DNA of 64,000 bases from Octopus vulgaris (GCA_951406725.2 OX597823.1:7192001-7256000); one strand, 5' to 3'. Counted from the first letter of the stretch, positions 11,851-24,375 are shown. Notes: generated from the sequence alone by a model not told the origin. A program made the numbers and translations.

Positions 11851-12129
11851 TGTTTTATTATAAAATCATAACACAACCTTAATTAAACCCAACCAAGAAA
11901 TTTCTTTGAAGTTTTCTATAATATATCAAGATCATTTAAAAATGGAGTTTTTAGAGGTTCATGGTCCATGATTAAGATGGAATTTAAAACCAAGTAAAAA
12001 ATACTTCTGTTGTTCAGTGCACCAAACTAATGCATAGGCTTCATGCTCAATATTGGCCAGTTTCTAAGGCAATGAGCTAGCAGAATTGTTAGCATGCCTA
12101 ACAAAATGCCTAGTGGTGTTTCATCCATC

Positions 12130-13090
12130 TGTAGCGTATACTTCAATGAAATTCCTCTCTCCCTATTATATATATGTACATACGAATGTAGCAGATAACA
12201 GCTAACCTTTGGGTGCGATTTGGGCGCTATTTGGATCCTGTTGTGTCCACCACTCTGATTGGTTGGTATTGGCACAATTTGTCTCTTACTCTATCATGCC
12301 AATATGCAACCTAACCAATCGAAATCCCTAAATAAGATCACATGAGACAGTCTGTTCTCAACCCCAGTTTGAGCCAACTGTTCTCTATAAAAGCTCAACT
12401 TCTCCTCGTCTTGAAGTTTTTGGTTCCAGATCTTCTATGGCATAGCCACTGACCACATGACACAGCCAGTTCCAGTGACAATGCCAAACAACACCCATCC
12501 AACAGCATTACAGCAACCTCCATCTTCGTCACCACCATCATGTATCTCACCAACATCGTCAACATCTCTATGTACACAGCACCAGCAACACTGCACAGGT
12601 TCTAACAGCACTGTTCGTGAACTACTTCACCATGGTTAACAGCAAACATACAACCTGTGAGAACTGTACTAGTGACCCAGGCAGCAGCATTACAGTCACA
12701 ACTTTGTATGACACATACTGCAACCAGCTCTGCATCATCGCCACAACTTCTTCACCATGTACAACTGACTATGAACTGGTATTTCTCATTCTTGTGGCTA
12801 TGAACATTCGTCTAACATCGCATTCATACTCTTTCACTTTCTTCCTCTACATTGTTCTTATATGTACCCAATGCACACACAGACACACATACACTTTGTT
12901 CGGAAGATGGTCTGTCTATTATTCTGTATACATGACACACACACAGACACACAAGTTAACCTATGAATAAATGTTCTCCAAACCTTCTACTCGGTTGTGT
13001 GTCTCTCTTTTCCAACTGGCACATTATATGTATTATTTCAGCCTTCTGATATGAATCATTATTTGATGGTCACACTCCGCATCACCTTGA
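12130..13090 (+). mobile_element. Probable solo LTR inserted into a family B SINE
   Basis: Splits SINE B (12065-12129 / 13100-13255) with CCATC on both sides; starts TGTAG; CCAAT boxes (12258, 12315), TATAAAA (12387), AATAAA (12966); alternative inner TG..CA ends 12187-13023. Confidence 0.6.
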
Positions 13091-13099
13091 CCATCTATA

Positions 13100-13415
13100 T
13101 ATCTTTACATTCTGAGTTCAAATCTTGCCAAGGCCACCATTGCCTTTCATCCTTTCAGTATCAATGAAATAAGTACTAATTGAACACTGGGGTTTATGTA
13201 ATCAACTTACTGCTCCCCAAAAATTTCTGGCCTTTTGCCAAAATTTGAAACCAATTTTAAGCTTGTTTTCTTCTGAGTTCAAATACTGTCAGAGCCAACT
13301 TTGCCGTTCACATTTTTGGAGTTAATAAAATAAGTACCAGTTGAACATAGGTTGATGTAATCAATTTACTCCCTCCCACGAAATTGCTGGCCTGGTGTCG
13401 AAATTTGAAACCAGT
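13100..13415 (+). mobile_element. Two tandem decayed SINE family B bodies
   Basis: TTCTGAGTTCAAAT...GCCTTTCATCC...AAATTTGAAACC occurs twice. Confidence 0.75.
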
Positions 13416-13926
13416 ATTTGGTCAGTTTTATAGAGTTTTTATTAAATCTATGATTAATGAATGCTACAAGATGATCATTCCTTGCTACTAATTTTTGATA
13501 CACATCTGCCATCAGTGCAGAGGGTTTTTCATTGAGAATGGTTGAATAACAGGATTCCCTGTTAATGATTTCAGCAGTGAAAATGACTCATCTTTCTCCC
13601 ATTTCCTCCCATTCAAAATTTTGTCTTAAAGTCAATAATGGTGCAATATTTTCCATAATATTTCTGGTAAATCATCTATTGTAATTCACAAGTCTAATAT
13701 TTCTGGCTCCACTACTTTATTCCATTCTTAGGTCTTTTCAGTAGACTTTTTCTTTCCATTGACTGATCTTGATGATGCAAAGCCACTTGACAATGAAAGT
13801 ACCCTCCACCTACCCAAAATCAATGAATGACTGATCAGAAGGATTTTCTTTGTTTATGCTGAAATTAACAGCATTTGGTTTATGAAGAATGGTACTTTGT
13901 TGGATTTACTTAATGAATTCATAAAT

Positions 13927-14540
13927 CATCATCATCGTTTAACGTCCGTTTTCTGCGCTAGCATGGGTTGGACGGTTCGACCGGGGTCTGGGAAGCCAGG
14001 GGCTGCACCAGGCTCCAGTCTGATCTGGAAGAGTTTCTACAGCTGGATGCCCCTCCTAATGCCAACCACTCCGCGAGTGTAGTGGGTGCTTTTTACGTGC
14101 CACTTGCACAGGTGCCAGGGGGGTCCGGCATCGGCCACGATCGGTTCGAGCTTTTAACGTGCCACCGGCATGGAAGCCAGCCAAGGCGGCGCTGGCAATG
14201 GCCACGTTCGGATGGTGCTTTTTATGTGCCACCGGCACAGAAGCCAGTTGAGTCGGCGCTGGCTACGGCCACGTTCGGATGGTGCTTTTTATGTGTCACC
14301 GGCACAGAAGCCAGTCGGGGCGGCGCTGGCATTGACCACGTTCGGATGGTGCTTTTTATGTGCCACCGGCACAGAAGCCAGTTGAGTCAGCACTGGCTAC
14401 GGCCACGTTCGGATGGTGCTTCTTATGTGCCACCAGCACAGGTATCACAACTACTATTTCGATGTTCATGTTCATGTTCATGTTCATGTACTTGACTCAA
14501 CAGGTCTCCTCAAGCACAGCGGGACGTTCTGGGATCCAGG
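13927..14540 (-). mobile_element. RTE-type 3' end including ORF stop (AVLEETC*), 6-core 67-bp array and (GAT)n tail
   Basis: Cores at about 14097, 14159, 14226, 14293, 14360, 14427; candidate TSD ATAAAT. Confidence 0.85.
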
Positions 14541-14684
14541 GTAATAAATTATCTTTGTACATTCAGACAGCTTGACCACCTTTTAAAACATTCTCCAAAT
14601 GCTACTGAAACATACAGATGGGGTATTTGTGCTACTTCAAACAATGGAATCTGTCAATATGTATTTACATTGAGTATATATATT

Positions 14685-14890
14685 GGTTTCAAATTTTGGC
14701 AAAAGGCCAGCAATTTCAGGATCAGGGTTAAGTTGATCATATTGACTCCATTGCTCAACTGGTACTTATTTTATTGACCCCAAAAGGATTAAAAGTAAAG
14801 TTTGAATTTGAACTCAGAATGTATAGACAGATAAAATGCTGTTAAGCATTTTGTCTAGCATGCTAACAATTCTGCTGGTTCACTGCCTTA
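14685..14890 (-). mobile_element. SINE family B
   Basis: CTCAACTGGTACTTATTTTATTGACCCC...GAACTCAGAA...CACTGCCTT. Confidence 0.8.
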
Positions 14891-14911
14891 AGGTGAGTAT
14901 ATATATATATA

Positions 14912-15212
14912 TCATCATTATCATCATCGTTTAACGTCCGCTTTCCATGCTAGCATGGGTTGGACGGTTCAACTGGGGTCTGGAAAGCCTGAAGGCTGCA
15001 CCAGGCCAGTCAGATCTGGCAGTGTTTCTACGGCTGGATGCCCTTCCTAACGCCAACCACTCCGTGAGTGTAGTGGGTGCTTTTTATGTGCCACCGACAC
15101 AGGTGCCAGACGAGGCTGGCGAACGGCCATGCTCGGATGGTGTTTTTTTGTGCCACCGACACAGGTGCCAGATGAGGCTGGCGAACGGCCACGCTCGGAT
15201 GGTGTTTTTTAC
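14912..15212 (-). mobile_element. RTE-type 3' end with 62-bp repeat units
   Basis: Same subfamily as 37640-38312 (GAGGCTGGC..ACGGCCACGCTCGGATGGTG units). Confidence 0.85.
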
Positions 15213-15398
15213 GCATGATGAACTTTTGTAATTTATACACATTCTGAACAATTCTTCTTTTTTGTCCATAAGTGAAGTACACCTGCTTCATTTCCAATTA
15301 CTAGGTGGATATGACACAAAGATTTCAAAGTTACTTAACTTTTTCTTGATTTCTGTTTGTAAATGAAAAGGTGCTTTACAATCAGCTATTATAATCAG

Positions 15399-15830
15399 CA
15401 GGGCCGTCGCTAAGCCCTTGCAACCTCTACGGTCGCAGAGGGGCCTCTGCAGTTGAGGGGCCCTATGTTAAGATCAGAGTATGAGCCATCTATTTACTTT
15501 GGTTAAGATGTTAACTGAAAATTTCAAGCCGGACAAGGTAAAAAATTCGAAGGTGAACTGTAAATAAATTTTAAAAAAACAAAAAAAGTAAATGAAAAAA
15601 GCTTGTCAAGGAATTCCTGAGAGAAATAAAAGAAAAACAAAAGAAATCCAAAACAATGAAAATAAGAACAACTTCAAAAGAAAAGACATGAAAAAGAAAC
15701 AACAGTGATGAAAGGTGGGGAATGGATACTTATACATACATACATACAAACACACACAAGCATACTTACACACATTCATTCATTCACACATACATACATG
15801 CATACATACATACATACAACACACACACAC

Positions 15831-15863
<33 letters not shown>

Positions 15864-15938
15864 TCTCTGTCTCTCCCTCTTCCTCTCTTTCATTTCTCTC
15901 TTGCTCTCTCTCTTTTCTCTCTCTTTCTCTCTCTCTTT

Positions 15939-15982
<44 letters not shown>

Positions 15983-17101
15983 TTATATATAAAAGTGAGG
16001 TTGTGTTGTGTCTGTCTCCTACGATTTAGATTCCTAACTACTCCCACATATTGCGGTGCAGTTTAACCAAAAGCGGGTATCTTATAGTCATGATTCATAT
16101 CGAGCCCTTCTGGGTATTAGCGTGCCTCTACGATGAGTCTACGATTTAAAAATAATTTACTATCAATTTTTCCCATTTTTAACGCATTTTTAGCATATAT
16201 AAGGGAAGTAACTCTCTAAAAATTTATTATTAAAACTCAGAACGTAAAAAGCTACAGTAACACCACCACCCCTTTGTGGTTAGCCATATTAAGATGGCTA
16301 TTATACTTTACATCTCTAAAAATGCTTATATAGTTATTTCCCTTACAAACCTGAGCAACGCCGGGCGATACTGCTAGTATATATATAAAATACAAAATGG
16401 GGCAAGAACGCAAAACATCTGGACAACTTGGTGATACAAAAAGGGACAACAAAACATCCAGATAGACGATACAGACAAAACAAGGAGGGGTCATTTGAAA
16501 TTTTTTTGATATATATATATATATATATATATAGTTATTTGATGTTGTTGAAAAGCTGGTCACTTTGTACCCAGAACAGTGGCTTTTGACCTCCCAAGGC
16601 AATAAAAACTGGAGACAAAATTCTTTCTGTACAAAAAGCAAGCTGCGCATGCACGTGCGCACACACACACACACACAGAAGTTTGTGTGTGTGTGTATCT
16701 ATGTACAGATAGTGTTTATTCACTGTCACCAAGCATCATTTTGTATTTTGATGTTCTTGAATAAACTTCTTTGCATACAAATGCTGAGACAACTATACTT
16801 CACAGTTGTTATTTTGAAATGCTTGTCTTCTGATATTTGTGAGTCCATCGTATAATTATTCAACCCTATTAAATTTTGGCCTTGCTAAGCATGAAATTAT
16901 GTGATAGTTCCAGCCCTAAATGAATTTAACTTGTACTTTTAAAGATGTTCTTTAGGATAACAAGAAATATTGAACTTCAGATAGAATAAAGTAAAATATA
17001 GCTAGGAATAAAAGGTGTGCAGATTATGAATTTTGATTGAAGAGATGGGGCCTCAATCCAAAAAGTTGCAGGGGGCCTCTAAAAATTATGCGACAGCCCT
17101 G
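15399..17101. mobile_element. Non-autonomous hAT DNA transposon with nested Helitron and microsatellites
   Basis: TIRs CAGGGCCGTCGC / GCGACAGCCCTG; perfect 8-bp TSD ATAATCAG at 15391-15398 and 17102-17109; subterminal GGGGCCTCT repeats. Confidence 0.9.
15980..16377 (+). mobile_element. Non-autonomous Helitron (family H2)
   Basis: A|TC...AGCAACGCCGGGCGATACTGCTAG|T; 3' end shared with H1 but a different body. Confidence 0.85.
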
Positions 17102-18233
17102 ATAATCAGAATTATTTGTTGTAACACCAGCTACATAATTTTTCCCATTTGTTGATATTAAAACAAAGTATACCTTGATATCAAACCTTTCACTTGATCC
17201 AAAGTCATATGGAGAATTTATAACCACAAATTCCTGGTCTGTAGCTTTATGAACTATCACAAGTTGTTAAAGTTTTTGAATGTTGAATGAAATAGTTGAA
17301 TAAGATGTGCACCTACCTATTTTTACTTGAACTGAAATATCATTCAATTTGTAGATACATATCTTTGATATTATTAAGACTTCTGTCATTAACTTTGAGC
17401 AGGAGGCATTGCTATATTCATATAAAACTTCATTGATATTGTAGGGGCCCTGATTAGTGATGTTTGGCTATGCGATTGAACTTTTCATACTTATAACATT
17501 TATTTTGCATACTGGATATTCCTATGATTTGTGTTTCTGACTCCAGCTATGACAGTTGATAAAACATGTACCTTCACTGCTGTTGTGCTGTGATTGTTAT
17601 TAGAATCTTTCTAACAAGGGAATGTTTAACATCAATGCTTGCTTTCAATTTATCCATTTTGGACATGGATAATTATGAATGGAATTCAACACCTTTGTTT
17701 TAGATCCATAGAACAGAATCTTAATGTAAAAATCAGTTTAATTATATTTTGCTTAGGATTTCCTTAAAATGATTTAATTTACAAAATGTTGCTTCTGAAC
17801 TTCTTAAAATGAAATCATTTATCAACTCATTGCAACATCATTTGATTTCCAACAATTTCAGCCTATCGGCTATAATTAATATTTTAGTGGATTTAACTAG
17901 ATTCTCTGTTACTTTTTTCTATCTGAAGGTTTATAACAACATCAGTATTTGTCAAGGAAAGCATGTCTTTTAAGTTTCACAAGCGAACAAATTCAATTTT
18001 TTTTTCTATCATCTAAAATTATTTTTGTTTTAAATATCACTAACATGCTATGCCTTCTCACTTGATTATTCACTGTGAGATATTTTCCTGATATCTTCAT
18101 CACAATTTGTTGTGCTTTTTACAATTCATCATGAAATTACTGTATGGGAAGAAAAGACTAACTTGTAGGCTTGTCAAAGCTCTTAAGTCACAGCAACTCA
18201 GCACTGAAAACAAAAATTATGACAACAGCAATT

Positions 18234-18623
18234 TCTCTATATATAAAGCTGAAGTTGTCTGTGTATGGCAGGTTTAGTAGCCTTCAACTAACACTGTCTC
18301 CTTCAAGACCCTGCAGTGCAAGTTGACCAAAATTGAGAGTATGATAGAAGAAGGCTTGCTCTTCCTTCCGTACAAGATAAAATTCAAATCAGACCAAGTT
18401 AACACCAAAAATTATTTACATCAAAAAGGTGCCTTTTTTCTATGAAAATCCCTATTTTTTACGATTTTTTTACTACTGTGTCGCCATTTTTCTGTGTATT
18501 TCAACCAGAAAAATGCTCACTTAAAGAGAATAACAAGCTACATAATGCAAAATTTTTACTTTTCAAAAATTCCAATTCTAAAGGGTCAAAACAAACCCAA
18601 GCAACGCTGGGCAATACTGCTAG
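18234..18623 (+). mobile_element. Non-autonomous Helitron (family H1), second copy
   Basis: Reverse complement of 9518-9899; TC start, CTAG|T end. Confidence 0.88.
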
Positions 18624-18663
18624 TAATAGTATATATGCATATACGTATGTGCATATATACATA

Positions 18664-19060
18664 TCATCATCATTATCAGCATTTAACATCCATTTTCCAT
18701 GCTAGCATGAATTGGACAGCTTGATAGGGAACTGGCAAGGCCAGGTGCTGCACCAAGTTCCATCGTCTGTTTTGACTTTGGTTTCTACAGTTGGATGACC
18801 ATCCTAATGCCAACCACTTTACTGAGTGTACTGCTTGCTTTTTACATGACACCATCACCAGTGCTTTGTATGTGGCACCTTGGTTTTAGGATATCAGTTC
18901 TCTTGTGGTTTACAGAATTGCACCACATATATCAATCCTTTGTCATCTTGTTCGTAAGTGTCAGCATTTTTCTTCATTGGTCTTCAATACTTTGTCTTCT
19001 GCTTTCCTAGGTCTCCTTCTTCTACATCTTCCCTTTACTTTGAATGATTGGCACTTCTTT
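18664..19060 (-). mobile_element. Old RTE-type 3' end with ORF C-terminal remnant
   Basis: (GAT)n tail and conserved tail motif; rc of 18960-19060 gives [19 protein letters not shown]. Confidence 0.7.
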
Positions 19061-19150
19061 ATATATATATATATACATTAATATGTGTATGTGTGTCTAT
19101 ATGTATATATATATATATATATATATACATATATATACATATAAATATAT

Positions 19151-19301
<151 letters not shown>

Positions 19302-19312
19302 AAGGGAAATAT

Positions 19313-19358
19313 ATCCCGATGAAGGGATATAATAAATATCCTGGAAACAGCTGTAAGA
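19313..19358 (+). ncRNA. Minimal type I hammerhead ribozyme-like motif (Penelope-type)
   Basis: CCGATGA - A GGGATAT/ATATCCT G stem II - GAAAC AGCT GTA (palindromic helix III); same family as 54440-54489. Confidence 0.6.
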
Positions 19359-19689
19359 CCTTCTGTCTTTTTTTTTTTTTTAAATCTACACACCCTTGGT
19401 TTTTTTTTTATCTCATTACGAAAAAAAATGTCTATATACACACACTGACACATGACTAACGTTGAAGCCCTTATTCGCATAATCACTGAACCTGGAACTT
19501 AACTGCGGTTCATCTATAGCACTTATTCAGCATTACCTGACACCTTTGGGTCTTAATGACACCATTAGCTCTCATAACCTCCTTTATAACCTTTCTGTTT
19601 GACTATTTCCCCTGCTCCCTTCAACCCCATCCTCACAACTACATTCTGTTCTCGTTAAACCTTTATATTTGTAAACACTGCTCTGAAAT

Positions 19690-20760
19690 ATGTTTGCTAC
19701 CTGCCTTTGAGAAGGGACACCCAACTTACTTTAAGAATTTCATTGAAATTTGTTGCAACTGAGTTATCATCAATATATTAAAAAATGTTAATAATAAAGC
19801 CATCTGGTTGATTGGTAGGCAATTATTTAATGACATGCTACAACCATTAACCCTTTTGTTACCAACCCGGCTGAAACCGGCTCTGGTTCTGTAATACAAA
19901 TGTCTTGTTTTCATAAGTTTTGAATTAAAATCTTCCATCAAACCTTAGTCACAATTTATGTTCCTAACACTAGCTGAATGATAACCAAATTATTTTACTA
20001 ATTTCTTTGTAATATTTAAAGTAATTGAAAGAAACACGGAGCATTTCAAAATAAATACAGTAACGAAAGGGTTAACTCACAAGAACATTGTGGAGTACAT
20101 GTGTACTGCAACTTCTTAGAGTTGATAATAATTAAAAACAATGGTTGAACTGAGTTATGTGTAAAGGATTGGTCCCTGTGATGATCTACCTTGTAAAAGA
20201 ATGTACTAGCATGCAAGGTTATGACACATAATGTATCTAACCTTTTTCACTATTAGCAGTATTAGTTCAAATTAGCAATCTGTATCTCACACTTAAAGCA
20301 GTGGTGTTCACCTCAAGAAAGCTTTTCTTAGTGATGTATAGTGTATTAAAAACATTGAAATATATTAGCAGCAGATGAAAATTGTCTAGCAGTGGTAATA
20401 ACATTGCTGGATGAATTTGATCTGATATATTTCTGTGTTTTTTTTAACACTATATGTCTATAAGAGATGATTTCTCAAGATGAATACCACAGTTTAGTAG
20501 GCATTCAATACTATATATATATGCTTTACGTGTAATATACAAATTATCTATTGCACTTTAATTCCTATCTTATAAACCTAAAATATATCAAACCACAATA
20601 TGTTGAGAATACTTTGACTTTGGGTCTAATGAAGAAGCTCAAATTTAAATTAATAACAATCTCATAGGAGCAAAGCTTTCAACTTAATTCCTAATAATGA
20701 ATTATTGATAGTGAGAATCTTAATTTTAAAACAGGTATCTAAGATAATCCAGAATTACAA
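19690..20760 (+). pseudogene. Fossil ORF block 3: BTB/BACK-like, opposite strand to blocks 1-2
   Basis: Excising the TTAA MITE gives MLQPL|THKNIVEYMCTA, then (frameshift) NFLEL; later ILAADENCLAVVITLLDEFDL and MISQDEYHSLVGIQYYIYML. Confidence 0.55.
19851..20071. mobile_element. piggyBac-like TTAA MITE
   Basis: TTAA|CCCTTTTGTTAC ... GTAACGAAAGGG|TTAA. Confidence 0.9.
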
Positions 20761-21337
20761 CAGGTGTTCTTGTTTAGCTAAAGGTTAACATTGTTCTTTT
20801 TATATAGCTGATATAGATCAACTTTATGGAGAATGAATACACACATAAAGAGTTCATTTTTGTTGATAGTTGAATTTTTTGCGACTTATAAAATCTTCTA
20901 GAGTTGCTAAAGTTTAACCCTAAAATTATGTTGATGTTTAAAGCAAGGTAATATATGATGTAAAACACTTGACAGCGGTACCTGGTCAAGGTCTCAGTTT
21001 AATTGCATTAAACAGCACATACTTAAGAGCAGTATGCTCATTCTACATACATTATCTGTGACCTTTATCCTTTATAATAAGTGAATTTTGTCTATTGTCA
21101 TTTCCTTTATTTAGAAGAGACCAATTAGTCTCCCTCTTTAAGAACATTTTCATTTGAAGCAAAACATAAGTAACATTTGGTGAAAGATAATGCAACTCAT
21201 GAGAATGAATCAAAATATATTTACACTCTGAAAGAAAAGAAAAGTAAAACCAACCCTAAGGTTTATTTTAATTGTACTTAAAGTGCTGAGAATATTATTT
21301 GCTATGTCCTGTGACAGAGCCATACAGCAAGATAGAA

Positions 21338-21697
21338 ATTATTGTATACAGTGCTCAGGTGCACCACAACTTGTCAGACAGTGTGTATAAAGCATATGCA
21401 GCAATGTACAAATGTCTGGAAAGCGAACAATGTATGAGTCAGATACATGCTTGTGTGTGTATGGAGGGAAGAAAATCAAGTGTAGTGTTGGCGAATCTCA
21501 GAAAGCATGGAAGTTTTGAAGGATGCAGTGCTCCGACAACTAACAACTGATGCTGACAGTTTGTTCCATGCTTCAGCAACACTTAGCGTGAAAATATGTT
21601 TCCGAAAGTCATGGGAGCTGTGTTGTTTTCTGACTTTGTAAACATGTCCACGGGTGTTAGACAGGTGGAGTTTGAAAAGATGCTCAGAGTTATTGTT
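21338..21697 (-). pseudogene. CR1-clade LINE 3' fragment flanked by 122/139-bp direct repeats
   Basis: SNTRGHVYKVRKQHSSHDFRKHIFTLSVAEAWNKL...FKT; flanks 21199-21337 and 21698-21819 nearly identical. Confidence 0.85.
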
Positions 21698-22049
21698 ATG
21701 AGAATGAATCAAAATATATTTACACTCTGAAAGAAAAGAAAAGTAAAATTTAATTGTACCTAAAGTGCTGAGAATATTATTTGCTATGTCCTGTGATAGA
21801 GCCATACAGCAAGATAGAACTTGAAACACTGTAGTTATAAAGTAAATTCTGTATCTACACAGCCATGCCTGATACTAGAACAAATATACACAGCGATGTA
21901 CAAGTGACAGGCATGGCTGTGTGGATACAGAGTTTGCATGTACATGTACATGTATGCATGCATGCATCTGTTTATTTGTTTATCAATCCATCCATCCATC
22001 CATCTACACATACAAACTTAAGGCATAAATAAAAAATACATACATAATT

Positions 22050-22255
22050 CTTCCTACACTAGGCACTGGGCTTGAAATCGTGGTGAGATGGGGATAGTTG
22101 ATTTTGTCAATCCCAGTGCTCAACTGGTACTTATTTTATTGACCCCCAAGAGATGAACAGGTGATCTTGCTAGAATTCGAACCCAGACTGGAAAGTCAGA
22201 AGAAATGCTACAAAATTTTGTCCATTATGCTAACAACTCTGCCAGCTCATTGAAT
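22050..22255 (-). mobile_element. Decayed SINE family B
   Basis: CCCAGTGCTCAACTGGTACTTATTTTATTGACCCC...TCTGCCAGCTC. Confidence 0.7.
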
Positions 22256-22969
22256 TCATACATACATAATATTAACAGTGAGTATATAACAGCATACATA
22301 TAGTAGAATTTAATTCAATTGAATGCCTTTGATCATAAGATTACTTGATAAAGATGTACCTTGGGCTAAACAACAGCAATATTTACTACTTCAACCATCA
22401 CTATGTTTGCCACAATTTTGCTATCTTCTTGTGGTACATGCCATATCAATAAATAACTATATAAGGTAAGGAATGCAGCTGTTAAAACAAAGCTCCAATC
22501 AAACAGTTTTTGATTCACTTTTGTATGTAATCAGAAATTATTTATACATATCTATTGAAAATTAATATAACTGTCATATTTTATGTCTTTGTTTATTTTA
22601 AGATATTTACACAATTAAGAGACTTTTATATAAAAATCATTAATAATATGAAAACGGTCAAAAATTTTGAATTGGAGAGTATAAACTAGAAATTTGAAAT
22701 TGAGAAAAAGAAATGTTTCCAATTAAATTTTTCAAAATTCCGTATCTCCTCCTCCTTAAAATTTGATATGTGAACAACCCAGAATATTCATTTTTCAGTA
22801 AGCAAATGTAAGAACAAAATAGAATATAAAAGCACTAATCACACAGCCAGAAATTTCTCGTTTCCATATTTTAAAATTGAGACAAATGTATGTTATTTTG
22901 CTTTGTGTTTTTGTTATTAAAGAAAGAAAAGTTAAAAAAACCAATTTTACATTCAAAGGAATGTAAAAT

Positions 22970-23009
22970 GATAATAATAATAATAATAATTATGATGATG
23001 ATGATGATG

Positions 23010-23070
<61 letters not shown>

Positions 23071-23071
23071 C

Positions 23072-23142
<71 letters not shown>

Positions 23143-23308
23143 CTAAGGCACACAGAGCTGCGCTTGGTAGTGAAGTGAAAGCACACTATAAAAATAAAAC
23201 TACTGAATGATAATAATAATAATAATAATGATAATAACAACAACAACAATAATAATGACGATAATGATGATGGTGGTGGTGGTGGTGGTGGTGGAGGTGA
23301 TGATGATG

Positions 23309-23340
<32 letters not shown>

Positions 23341-23357
23341 GGTGATGATGATGATGA
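22970..23357. repeat. Compound (AAT)n/(GAT)n/(GGT)n microsatellite
   Basis: Directly visible. Confidence 0.95.
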
Positions 23358-23479
23358 TTTCTTTTATTTGCCATGAGGGCAATAAATGAGAGTAGCAATA
23401 CAAAGACGACAGACAAAAAAATGTGGGGATTTTCATAGAAAAGAATGAGAAGAAAATACAAGCATACATGGTACATAAT

Positions 23480-23692
23480 ATTGGTTTCAAATATTGGCAC
23501 AGAGCCAGCAACTTTGAGTGGTGGGGGTAAGTCAATTACATTGACCCCCCAGTACTCAACTGGTACTTATTTTATTGACCCCAAAAGGATGAAAAGTAAA
23601 GTTGACCTTGGCGGAATTTAAACCCAGGACAGATGAAATGCCGGTAAACATTTTGCCCAGCATGTTTACAATTCTGCCAGCTCACCGCCTTA
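23480..23692 (-). mobile_element. SINE family B
   Basis: Family B core and head on the minus strand. Confidence 0.85.
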
Positions 23693-24375
23693 ACATAGTA
23701 TATGATATTAACAAAAGAAAAAAAGTATACATGGCATATATCAGTAACTTTTAAAAAAATATGGTAATGATGTGATCCTCCAAATACAGGAGGACTTCTA
23801 GAGCCAATCAAGGAAACCCACCATCCAAGATCTCTCTGAACCCCAAGGGCAAGTGCCTTCTCTAATTCTTGTTCACATTTTTGCAACTTTGAACCACTTA
23901 TCAATAAATTTACTTGAGGATGCACCCCTCTTTTACCCTCACTCTCTTTTTCAATTGAAACTCGAAAAAATTGATGAGGGCTCTATCAAAAGGTAAGGTC
24001 TCTGTCCTCATACTTCAACATCATCCACTAGACAACTTCTTTAGCCATTACCATTACACAAAGGAAAACTTCCTTAGGTGCTCAGTTAAAGGCGAGCAGG
24101 TAAGACAATAATCTATAGAATCTGAAACTTATTTGTAAAAAATTTAATCAAAAATTATTCATTTTTTCATGAAGTTGCAAGGGGGCACACTTCTGTAGTT
24201 ATGTCAACATATTAAGGTACAAGAAATTTCTTATTTTCAAAAGTGTTAGCCTATAATTAACTAAATGTTTTTAATGATTGTGTTGAGAAAGTTATATTTG
24301 TTTATCTGTTTACATACATTTTGTACACTTATAAGAATGTATGTGTGTGTATGCCATTATATAGCAAAGTACAAA

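Larger units (their letters stand above)
13430..18206 (-). pseudogene. Fossil ORF block 2: BACK-like, PHR-like and F-box-like modules, interrupted by hAT, RTE and SINE insertions
   Basis: ILIIADRLKLLEIK*CCNELINDFI...FCKLNHFKEIL (about 17700-17915); about 115-codon frame with one stop (17110-17460); ITIDDLPEILWKILHHY*L*DKNFEWEEMGER* (13575-13686); acceptor-like TTTTTGTTTTCAG near 18206. Confidence 0.55.

Noticed and set aside
14488-14520. Hammerhead in TTGAGGA-GAC..GTC-AAGT
   Set aside because: Lacks GAAA and is better explained as the RTE ORF terminus.
13968-14575. Repetitive ORFs such as RSDGAFYVPPA (also 28172-28691, 37697-38273)
   Set aside because: Open in several frames because of GC-rich 62/67-bp repeats whose period is not a multiple of 3.
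22890-23535. Poly-I, poly-Y, poly-H and poly-M ORFs (also 25442, 32111, 33231-34357, 50633)
   Set aside because: Translations of microsatellites.
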